Assembly (NCBI GenBank): GCA_031370005.1
Contig: JANMPT010000031.1
Span: forward strand, 1-14,645
Direction: 5' to 3'
From: Bdellovibrionales bacterium
GTDB lineage: Bacteria > Bdellovibrionota > Bdellovibrionia > Bdellovibrionales > Bdellovibrionaceae
Length of the DNA: 14,645 bases
The notes beneath the pieces are model-generated. The model was not told where the DNA came from. It saw only the letters and a list, made by a program, of their open reading frames with translations, and ran no database searches. A program made the position numbers and the translations under genes. This document shows positions 7,060-14,645 of the stretch, piece by piece; position 1 is the first letter of the stretch; each line of letters begins with the position of its first letter.

Positions 7060-8520
7060 CTATTTTACTTTAAGTATTTTTTCGATTTTTTCAAGGCGCG
7101 CTTTTATTAATGCGTTTTCTTGTTCTGCTTTTTGAGCTTTGGCTTTGAGTTCAGCATTTTCAGCTTTGACAGAGGCAATTTCACGGTCTTTAGCAGCGTC
7201 TTTGAATTTAAGGGCTTCAATATTTTTTTCGATATCTAGAACTTTATTATAAAGTTCTTTAACGGCGGCGACGACAACTGCGACAATCTTTCCATACTCA
7301 ACCGAGCGATAGCTATCTTCACCTTTGTTAACGACTTCCGGTAAAACTTTTTCCACATCCTGAGCAATAAAGCCTACTTGGTGTTTTGTTCCAAAACCCT
7401 GGGCGCGTGGATTATTTTGATCCCAATCAAAGAAAACAGGATTTAACTGATTCACAATATTTAGACCTTGACCAACAGGAATGACATTTGTTTTTAAGCG
7501 CCCATCAGACACCGTAGTATAATTAACCCATATACCATTTTGATAAAATTCAAAAAGCGCTGTCGTCGTATTGTAGCGAATCATTCCATTTACTAAAGTC
7601 ACGGGACGATTCGCAGTCGTATCACGGGGAATGATAATAGCGCTAGTTATCCCAGTGGCTGCAACATCAAGTGCCGCTTGAGGTGCTGTGACACCAATGC
7701 CGACGTTGCCTGAACCTGTGACCACCATCTTGGGTGTTGTTGACGTTGCTTGCAGAGTTTCTAAATAGTTATTCACGGTTGCGCTCAGGGCATGTCCAGC
7801 AGCAGTTGAGCCCAGTGTTCCGCGAGTTAAACCTGTAAATGTTGTTGCGGTAACCCCCGTGTAAATCATAGCTTCTGTATCAACCAGCAGAGTTCCTTGC
7901 GAAGGATATCCGGCGGTCGATGTCACCGTGAGTGTGACATCGCCAATAAGTGCTGCTGCAGATAAAGCTGTAAGAGTTGCCGGGGCCTGACCGCCGCGGA
8001 TACCGCCTGTCACTTCTAGCTTTTCAATAGGTGCTGCCGTGGCAACACCAACGTTTCCAGAAGTTGGTGCTAGCACAATATTATTAGCCCCTATCTGGGT
8101 TCCTTGAATTGATAAATCTCCAGTACTTGCACTACGTACAAAATCATAAGCGTTTGCTCCGTTATTATTGAGCCTCAAAAGAACGGCACTGGGACTTGTT
8201 GTATTTACTTCCAAACTTGCCGCAGGTGTTGTCGTTCCGATTCCAACGTTAGCACCCATAAAAGTTGCAGCATACCCAGCCCCAGCTTGAGTCACAGCAA
8301 GCGCAGTAGAGGCACTGCTTGAGTTATTTACCAAAGGCCCCGTCATTGTATCCCCAGCTTTAGCAACATAACCGGTAGCAACTGAGGCACTAGTAACTAA
8401 ATCAGAGTAAGCTCCGCCATTTTGCGAAGCTTTAAAAGTATTGGATGTGGAATTAAAATAAATTCTGCCTTGTGCAGGAGGGGAAAGGGCCGGTGCGGGT
8501 ATAGGGCATTTAAACACCAT
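7060..8520 (-). CDS. Phage-tail-fibre-like trimeric adhesin (Bdellovibrio MAT-type) with C-terminal peptidase S74 chaperone; N-terminus replaced by ISCR sequence
   Basis: YVAKAGDTMTGPL, three NVG(I/V)xxxxP repeats, S74 motifs SDGRLK and GFIAQDVEKVLPEVV, and a C-terminal coiled coil. No signal peptide. The first 8 codons lie in the ISCR end. Confidence 0.88.
   Translation of the reverse strand: MVFKCPIPAPALSPPAQGRIYFNSTSNTFKASQNGGAYSDLVTSASVATGYVAKAGDTMTGPLVNNSSSASTALAVTQAGAGYAATFMGANVGIGTTTPAASLEVNTTSPSAVLLRLNNNGANAYDFVRSASTGDLSIQGTQIGANNIVLAPTSGNVGVATAAPIEKLEVTGGIRGGQAPATLTALSAAALIGDVTLTVTSTAGYPSQGTLLVDTEAMIYTGVTATTFTGLTRGTLGSTAAGHALSATVNNYLETLQATSTTPKMVVTGSGNVGIGVTAPQAALDVAATGITSAIIIPRDTTANRPVTLVNGMIRYNTTTALFEFYQNGIWVNYTTVSDGRLKTNVIPVGQGLNIVNQLNPVFFDWDQNNPRAQGFGTKHQVGFIAQDVEKVLPEVVNKGEDSYRSVEYGKIVAVVVAAVKELYNKVLDIEKNIEALKFKDAAKDREIASVKAENAELKAKAQKAEQENALIKARLEKIEKILKVK
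8497..8518 (-). mobile_element. oriIS end of an ISCR/IS91-family element
   Basis: Minus strand GGTGTTTAAATGCCCTATACCC closely resembles the ISCR1 oriIS as I recall it (..GTGGTTTATACTTCCTATACCC). It lies about 200 bp downstream of the transposase stop, the expected position. Confidence 0.8.
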
Positions 8521-8695
8521 ATTTGATCCTGTTCAAAAGTAGATACTCGTTCTTATCCAACCGTTCCGACCACTACTTTGATTATTTGATGAGTTTTTCT
8601 GGAGTCGAGTAAGGGATTTTTGCGGGTGGCTGGGTCTTTTTGGAGATTCCTGTAACTATCCATTCAAGGTCTTTTTTGACCAAGTTTTGAGGGCT

Positions 8696-9490
8696 TTACT
8701 CCTCAAAAAATGTTTGCTGATCGTCGCCCCACTCCGAGATCGGAGGTCCTCGGGCGGCTTTGACTAAAGGTGGAGTTGATGTCAAGCCCAGATGGTCCAG
8801 GATTTTTTTGATAACTTGGGGGTCCTCAACTGCGGCGATAATTCTCATTTTTCCCCCACAGCCCCCGCAGGTTTCCACGTCAATGCCAAACACTCTTTTC
8901 AGAAGCCTGGCCCAACTCATTCTTTGTTGCTTTTTCTTTTTCTCAAGTAGTTGCTGTTGCAGGGTGAGGACTTTGACCTCAGTCAGTGCCTTTGTCCGTT
9001 CCTCAACCTTCGGGGACTTCGGTACCACCAGCTTTCGGTGCTTATCATGCGGAGCCAAGATCCCATGGAACCGCGTCAAGTGCACCCGAGGCCTGGGGAT
9101 GATCGCAGAGAGTTTTTCCAGAAGCTCGATTGGCTCCATCATGATGTAAGTAGTGTCGTCATCGTAGGCCTTCTTAAGCTTGTACACCACTTGACCCTTT
9201 TGGTTCACTGACAACCGCTCTTCACCGATCGCGGGCCTGGCAATGTACCGGCAGATTCGCTCTAGCTTTTTGCGCTCCTCGGCTTTGCAGCTCACCTCCG
9301 CGTGCAGTGAGAACCCGTTGGCTTTGACCACCAAGCCCTGATTTGAGCTATGATCCTGACCCACAGTCTTTAGCACCAAGGCTTTTTTGCCCTTATTCGG
9401 GCCCATCAAAAATCGGTAAACACTTGAACTTGCTTGGAGTCTCGTAAACCCATCACCCTCGTCTTGAAGGCTCATCTGTAAATGATCCTC
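8696..9490 (-). pseudogene. ISCR/IS91-family rolling-circle transposase, 5'-truncated
   Basis: GFSLHA, LERICRYIARP (RxxxY, ISCR-type), VYKLKKAY.DDTT, IPRPRVHLTRFHGILAP, WARLLKRVF.IDVETCGGCGG and ILDHLGL..ARGPP. The N-terminal zinc-binding domain and HUH motif are absent. GC is visibly higher than in the flanks. Confidence 0.92.
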
Positions 9491-9501
9491 CGGAAGATGC
9501 G

Positions 9502-9645
9502 ATGTCTCTGAATACTCGAAAGACAATTTTGAAAATGGTCAAAAGAGTCTTACAGATGGCATTAGAAGAAGGCGTGATAGATCGAAACCCTTGTCTAGGA
9601 GTTTTAGTTAGGGTTCCCGAGGTGGACTCGCGCCCTGGGAAATAA
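9502..9645 (+). pseudogene. Tyrosine-recombinase (phage integrase) core-binding-domain fragment (not in the ORF track)
   Basis: MSLNTRKTILKMVKRVLQMALEEGVIDRNPCLGVLVRVPE matches the t....l..l...f..A...g.i..NP pattern at the end of the CB domain. Confidence 0.7.
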
Positions 9646-9649
9646 ATAG

Positions 9650-10384
9650 TTATTCGTGATCCATAGGTGTCAGTGAAATACAAAAGTTATAAACTCGATT
9701 TTTTTTTGATTTAGATTTTCTTTCTAAAAAGGTCAGCAATTTATTTCTGAACTCGGATATCATTTGGCGTGCTTGGGGAAGATCTGAAGGATCAATCGGA
9801 ATTGTGCCATCTGCAAAACATCTATTGCCAAATTCTTCTCTAAGAAAAGATTCACCATGTAATTCGAATAAAGATTTTTGAGTTTCAATCACTAATTCTC
9901 GCCTCATCTCAAGCGGAGAAAAATGAAAATTAATCTTTTTTAGAACAAGCTTTCCATTTTTTTTTAATTCAAATATTTTTTTATCAATTAACTTTTGTAT
10001 AAGTATCGTAACCTCTTCGAGACTGAGACCTAATTTTTTGGCCATCCACATAGGGTCGCTTTTAAAATCATCTGTTTTGATCAAAGCCAACAGAGTCAGT
10101 AACTTCCAATTCGTATAGATATCTAAATGATCAATTGTAGCCTCAGTATAATTTAATGGAATGGGGAAAATTCTTTTTTCAATTATCTGTGGAACGTTCA
10201 GCTTTAAGAAAATTTTTTTCATCACCTTCGGTCCTATTGGACGACGTCCAGTTAGCACATCAGATAAGGTTGATTTGCTGATTTGCAAATAAGCAGCAAA
10301 ACTTCGCAGTGAGTACTTGGGATTTCTTAACTGACGTTTTTTGAGTTCATCACTTAAGAAAAAGCGTAAATCGATATTTTCCAT
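9650..10384 (-). CDS. TIGR02147/DUF4423-family HTH protein
   Basis: L.DELKKRQLRNPKYSLRSFA..LQIS.STLSDVL.GRR, W..LTLLAL..DFKSDP.WMAKKLGLS and ARQMI.EFR..VYNF.I.L.P. The family is expanded in Bdellovibrionota and Fibrobacteres. Confidence 0.88.
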   Translation of the reverse strand: MENIDLRFFLSDELKKRQLRNPKYSLRSFAAYLQISKSTLSDVLTGRRPIGPKVMKKIFLKLNVPQIIEKRIFPIPLNYTEATIDHLDIYTNWKLLTLLALIKTDDFKSDPMWMAKKLGLSLEEVTILIQKLIDKKIFELKKNGKLVLKKINFHFSPLEMRRELVIETQKSLFELHGESFLREEFGNRCFADGTIPIDPSDLPQARQMISEFRNKLLTFLERKSKSKKNRVYNFCISLTPMDHE

Positions 10385-10491
10385 TGAGTTCCTAACGTTC
10401 GATAAAAAGACGGACAGTTTAATTTACAAATTTATAGTTCCTCTTGCTTGTTTGCTTTAACTTTGAAAAAGTCAAGGTCGGTGGAGTTTCG

Positions 10492-11421
10492 ATGACTATT
10501 ATTACAGATTTTTTGACGTTTTTAATTTTGAGTTTACTTGATTTTTTCAGCACACAAAAATTAGCCCGAATAAAAGAGCCCGACGTCATTACGACAGACT
10601 TGTCAGCCGTTAATGAGTATGATCAAGTTCACAAATCTTCTCTGGCATTACCTTATGCGTTAAATCTTCAGATCATTCAGATTCTCTTAAAAAATAGAAA
10701 AAAATTATCTGTTTTAGACTTGGCTTGCGGCCCGGGCGTGTTCACTCAGCTAATCGCAAAAAATCTAAGCGTGTCAGAAATTATGGGCGTCGATCTATCA
10801 GAGCCCATGCTCAAAAAAGCACGAAATCGTTTTTCAAATGAAACTTTACCCTGTTCGTTCAAATTTCAATTGCAAGATATAAGTGATTTGTCATTTTTAG
10901 AAAATGAAAAATTCGATCTTATTACTTTTATGAATGCAAGCCACCACATTTCAGATTTAGTTTCAGTCAAAAAAATAATCGAAGAAGCTTCTCGCGTTTG
11001 CAAAAAAGACGGCATTGTTTTTATATCTGATCACACAAGACCAAAAACAAATACGATTTTGAAAATTTATTACAATTGGATATCACGCAAAAATAATTTG
11101 CATCACCTACCTGCTCATAATCTAGATTTTTATAATTCACTTTACGCGGGCTGGAGCACGATTGATTTTTTAAAGATGATACCTGCCAACAGTGATAGAA
11201 ATTGGTTTCAAATTTATCCACTAGGTTTTCAATATATACGATTTATCATCGGGGTGCCTCTACCGATTACTAACATTTCAATCGCAGAAATAAATGCAAA
11301 TGCATCACTTGACATAATTCCAAAAGATTTTCATTCACTTTGGAAGTTAACTGTTTTTGGATTTAAATTTGGAGTCCGCATTAAGAAATCAGTGGCTACT
11401 TGCTTGCCACTCAGATTTTAA
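10492..11421 (+). CDS. Class I SAM-dependent methyltransferase
   Basis: VLDLACGPG (motif I), GVDLSEPML, FDLI..NASHH and RVCKKDG.VFISD. The ATG at 10492 has a GGAG RBS and is preferred over the TTG at 10444. Confidence 0.9.
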   Translation: MTIITDFLTFLILSLLDFFSTQKLARIKEPDVITTDLSAVNEYDQVHKSSLALPYALNLQIIQILLKNRKKLSVLDLACGPGVFTQLIAKNLSVSEIMGVDLSEPMLKKARNRFSNETLPCSFKFQLQDISDLSFLENEKFDLITFMNASHHISDLVSVKKIIEEASRVCKKDGIVFISDHTRPKTNTILKIYYNWISRKNNLHHLPAHNLDFYNSLYAGWSTIDFLKMIPANSDRNWFQIYPLGFQYIRFIIGVPLPITNISIAEINANASLDIIPKDFHSLWKLTVFGFKFGVRIKKSVATCLPLRF

Positions 11422-11698
11422 AACTTAAAAACCGTGTCATCAAATTGTCTATTCTGTTAGTAGGTGTTAATTCGTAGATTTTTCCAGGGGAAGGACTTTT
11501 GCATCCCGTTTCTCGTTCACTCTTTTGGTAAATACTTACGAAATTCCTCAGAACCACGAACTTCTACTCTAGTGATTATTTGTTTTTTTTTAGGTTCTCA
11601 TATATTTCTGTGTGCTTAACTAGGCTTTCAATAAGAGCTTGGTTTTGGTTGTTCGCATGCTATTTGATAGCAAGATAAATTTTCATTCGATCAAATAG

Positions 11699-13140
11699 GG
11701 AGATGTCTCATTTTTAGTTGAAAGTCAGAGGCCGCTTTCGTGAAGTGATCCCGACTATGCCGCCGTTTTTATTTTGTTGTCAATGGTTTCTGTTTGTAAT
11801 TTTTCAATTCTTTCAATGACAGTTTTGATATGCTGATAGCCTTTCACTGTACGGAAGTTTTCTTCAGCTTTCAGGAACACCGCCACCAGCCAGCGTTCCG
11901 ATAGCTTTCCTTTACGCTTTTTTCCTCGGTATTCGGGATTGTAGTTTTTGATATTGTGCTCACGATGCCGAACCGAGGAGAATAAATTTTCAATGCCATT
12001 GGTTGTATGAAGGACTTTGTAAAGGTCTTCGTGGACATTGAGCCGATGCAGGGTTAAAAGCTCTGGCAGGGCCTCCCTGAGGGATCTAGCCGCCGAGGCG
12101 TTGATTAGCATCAGTTCTTTTTCCAATGTCTCTAAAGCCCGTTTGGCATCTTCGTATTTTCTGTGTGCCAGTGCCGCTGCATATTGCTTATGAACTTGCT
12201 TGCGGTATTTTTTTGCGACGTGTTTTTGCAAGTTGTGATCTTTGTGGATAGTACAACGTTGAAGCATCAACTTCTTTCCGAACTTATCACGAAGGGCTTT
12301 GATAATTCCTTTGCCGCCATCTGTGATAAATAATACCCGCGCACTCAGCTTGAGGCCCCGGCGTTCTAGATCAGCCAGTAACTCCTTGCAAATGTCATTG
12401 TTTTCAGTAGCGCCTTCCCAATAGCCGAGAACCTTTTTCTTACCTTCAGTTGAAATTCCCAAAGCAGTAATGAAGGCCAAGCCACCGCGGTAGACGGTGT
12501 CCATCATGATGGCAAACGGTTCAAACTCAGAAAGATTCCTCTCTAAAAATTGTTTCAACTGTTTGCTGGTTGCTTCAACGAAGTGTCTGGATAATGACGA
12601 CGCCGAAACACCAAATGCGTGGGCCGCGTTTTGCACCGTTTCTTCGTAGCGGCGACCTGATAAGCCCGACATCATTTTTGTTAAAATTTCCTCTGAAAAC
12701 TGGCCACGTTCTTTGAGTCTCTCGTAACTTGGAAGCGCGATCTCGCCACCGGGGCCACGCAGCCGTGGCTTTGATATTTTCACTTTCTGGTCGCCAATGA
12801 ATACTGAACCCTGTTGGGGGGCCCATTTATAAATATCCGCCTTCGGCGCATAATCAGGACCGGCAATGTTTTCGCGGTCCATCAACAAAATAGATTCAAC
12901 GAGCATTTTGCCAATTTCCTGATTCAATGTGTCGATGGATTGCTTGCCCCAACTGATTGTCTGGGCAACTTTCAACGCGAATTTGTCTTCGCCCAATAAT
13001 TCTTGGAAATGACTTGCCGATGTTTTTCTTTGCTTGGTATTTGTTTTCATGAGGGACGCCTCTCTTTCTTTTTTTAGCAGTGGAAATCATTCCACGAAAG
13101 GCGGGCTCCCTCAACTTTCAACTAGATTTGAAATTTCTCC
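11699..13140 (-). mobile_element. IS256-family insertion sequence, complete, 1442 bp
   Basis: Terminal IRs at 11699-11725 and 13114-13140 (21/27 identical, GGAGA..TAGTTGAAAGT) flank one transposase gene. No target-site duplication is visible. Confidence 0.9.
11755..13050 (-). CDS. IS256-family (mutator-type) DDE transposase
   Basis: 431 aa with MMD, ITDG, QRCTIHK (CxxH) and TTNGIE motifs all present. Confidence 0.93.
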   Translation of the reverse strand: MKTNTKQRKTSASHFQELLGEDKFALKVAQTISWGKQSIDTLNQEIGKMLVESILLMDRENIAGPDYAPKADIYKWAPQQGSVFIGDQKVKISKPRLRGPGGEIALPSYERLKERGQFSEEILTKMMSGLSGRRYEETVQNAAHAFGVSASSLSRHFVEATSKQLKQFLERNLSEFEPFAIMMDTVYRGGLAFITALGISTEGKKKVLGYWEGATENNDICKELLADLERRGLKLSARVLFITDGGKGIIKALRDKFGKKLMLQRCTIHKDHNLQKHVAKKYRKQVHKQYAAALAHRKYEDAKRALETLEKELMLINASAARSLREALPELLTLHRLNVHEDLYKVLHTTNGIENLFSSVRHREHNIKNYNPEYRGKKRKGKLSERWLVAVFLKAEENFRTVKGYQHIKTVIERIEKLQTETIDNKIKTAA

Positions 13141-13305
13141 ACTTTTGACTAGCGGGTATTGATAGCAACTAAGGTCCATAGAATAATTGCTTTGTGAGCC
13201 ACTCAAACCAACAACATTCTTATCGATATATCTCTCGAATAAATATTCATTCAAGTTACGGGAGCGTAGCTAATGTTTTAATCATCGACTCGGATAAATA
13301 AATAT

Positions 13306-14061
13306 TTATCTAGAAAAATATTTATTGGCAAACTCAGGGTTGTAAATTTTTCTCCACCTCAAATAGCCTTGAAGACCGAGTCCTTCAGACATCTTATTAA
13401 CTTCATCTACAGAAATTGAATCAATGACAGAGGTATTTTTGATCATTTCTCGAATCCCATCGTCGATACGATATTAGTCTGATAGTTCTTATTCATGGCA
13501 GACGCGGCGCCATAATTAGCTCCAGCCGCTGCGTAAGATAGGTCAGTTCTAATAATATTACTCGCAGGTGAAAACGGCGTTTGAGATATAGCTTTGCCCG
13601 GATTTCGCCCCCCCTAAATGAGACTTAAATTGGTATGCTTTTTCCGCTATAAATGCCGCATCCACTCCTGCGTTTGGATTTTGAGTTATTTGAGTAACTC
13701 TTCTAGCTAAAAATGCGCTCATCCAAAAATGATAAGGTTTGGAGTTGTCACAAGAAGTTTGGATACTTGATGGATAAGAGTACAGCCCATTTCCTTGCGC
13801 AGATTTTTTAATGTCAAGATATGTCATTGCCGTAGATATATATCCCAATCCAGAAATTAGTGCTTGTTTCTCTTTTGGAACATCAAGGACAGCAAGCCGC
13901 AGCATTAAATTTGCCCCGCCTGTAGAGATTAACCCAAGTATATTCCATGTGTCTGCCTTTATTTTAAAAATGGCAAAAAAGTATAAATTTGTTCGGACGC
14001 GGATAAATACAGCTAACCCAGTGGATAGTGCTATTTGGTTCCGCGCTTGGTAGTCGGTATC
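13306..14061 (-). pseudogene. Hypothetical protein broken by at least two frameshifts and lacking a start
   Basis: Removing one G from the G7 run (13608-13614) and one copy of a 5-bp tandem duplication (13464-13473) gives a continuous frame: ..DNSKPYHFWMSAFLAR..AYQF..GGRNPGKAISQTPFSPASNIIRTDLSYAAAGANYG..NIDDGIRE..YLRWRKIYNPEFANKYFSR*. Confidence 0.6.
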
Positions 14062-14112
14062 TCAATAGTATTTATCATGCTTTTGGTCCGGGCGGCATTC
14101 TCTTTAGAAGAG

Positions 14113-14199
14113 TAGTAGCCAAGCGCGCTACGGCACTCAGCTGATTGCATGACGGCATCAGTTCTGCATCAAGCGCACACTTGACTGACTCCCTGGGTC
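14113..14199. other. GC-rich non-coding tract of four consecutive short hairpins
   Basis: GTAGC/GCTAC (14115-14131), GCA-AGCTGA-TGC/GCA-TCAGTT-TGC (14133-14167), TCAAG/CTTGA (14169-14184) and GACTC/GGGTC (14187-14199). Confidence 0.4.
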
Positions 14200-14200
14200 C

Positions 14201-14398
14201 GCAAATCTTGAGCGAGAAGAGGTTATTATCGATATTGCTGAAGCTGATAAGCTATGTCCACAAGACGGTACAGAGCTCAAAGAAATCGGCTTTGAAATTA
14301 CTGAGAAGCTAAAATGCTACCCCGCACGCACGGTTGTATTAATTGAGAAAAAGAAAAAATATGCATGCCCTTGCTGCAAGGAGCACTTAGCTGAAGCA
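14201..14398 (+). pseudogene. IS66 transposase (TnpC) zinc-finger fragment (not in the ORF track)
   Basis: NLEREEVIIDIAEADKLCPQDGTELKEIGFEITEKLKCYPARTVVLIEKKKKYACPCC matches the zf-IS66 pattern CP..G..L..IG.E..E.L...PA..KYAC..C. Confidence 0.8.
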
Positions 14399-14454
14399 AA
14401 TTCTGAAAGATTATTCGGGCCCAAAAGGCTTAGGAAACACTGATCAATGCCTTT

Positions 14455-14645
14455 TCAGAGCCATTTGATTCTATTTAGTTTGCCATTCACAAATCTTGGT
14501 GCTTCAATCAAATGCATGAAACTTCCTGTACCCAATCTCTTAATTTTTACATTAGCTATTTTATTCGGAGAGTTAACATTCGCTGGTTCAGTTGATTCAC
14601 CCCCGGTTGTAACACCCGCTAAACAAATTGTTAAAACCAAAGTTC
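14455..14645 (-). CDS. 3' part of an unidentified ORF entering from the window edge
   Basis: The frame is open to the window end. It also stays open past the TGA at 14455 (KGIDQCFLSLLGPNNLSEF), so that stop may be premature. Confidence 0.35.
   Translation of the reverse strand, partial: TLVLTICLAGVTTGGESTEPANVNSPNKIANVKIKRLGTGSFMHLIEAPRFVNGKLNRIKWL

Noticed and set aside
8580..8608. Outward ISCR promoter (minus strand TCGACT-16 bp-AATAAT)
   Set aside because: The match is too weak to call from sequence alone because the first T of the -10 is missing.
8760..9683. ORFs 8760-9149, 8951-9211 and 9453-9683
   Set aside because: Antisense shadows of the ISCR transposase and the integrase fragment.
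11021..13114. ORFs 11021-11221, 12575-12826, 12814-12999 and 12896-13114
   Set aside because: Alternative-frame or antisense overlaps of the methyltransferase and IS256 transposase.
13327..13336. TGAGTTTGCC match to the IS3 left IR
   Set aside because: A 10-mer inside the coding frame PEFA of the pseudogene, with no extension, so probably chance.
13811..14053. Plus-strand 80-aa ORF
   Set aside because: Antisense to the longer reconstructed minus-strand pseudogene.
1..14645. CRISPR array, integron cassette array, DGR or retron
   Set aside because: I found no regularly spaced direct repeats, no canonical attC series and no reverse transcriptase or cas motifs.

Overview
AT-rich accessory 'scrapyard' region, most likely from a Bdellovibrionota (Bdellovibrio-like) genome. 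That assignment is inferred from a TIGR02147/DUF4423 HTH gene, an S74-chaperoned fibre gene of the MAT type and several small secreted hypotheticals. Only about six genes look intact: a ZAS anti-sigma factor, two secreted hypotheticals, the TIGR02147 protein, a SAM methyltransferase and an IS256 transposase. The rest is a mosaic of about 14 truncated or frameshifted genes: ECF sigma, dienelactone hydrolase, Cys-rich protein, sigma-54 activator, IS3, OafA-type O-acyltransferase, XRE HTH, discoidin-like, Cu-monooxygenase-like, fibre, ISCR transposase, tyrosine integrase, a hypothetical and IS66. A decayed tRNA-His is also present. The best observation is that an ISCR/IS91-family oriIS end sits inside the fibre gene and supplies an RBS, an ATG and 8 in-frame codons to the still-open C-terminal part of the fibre. 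I see no convincing new multi-gene system, CRISPR array or integron array. All family calls are from motif recognition, not database searches.
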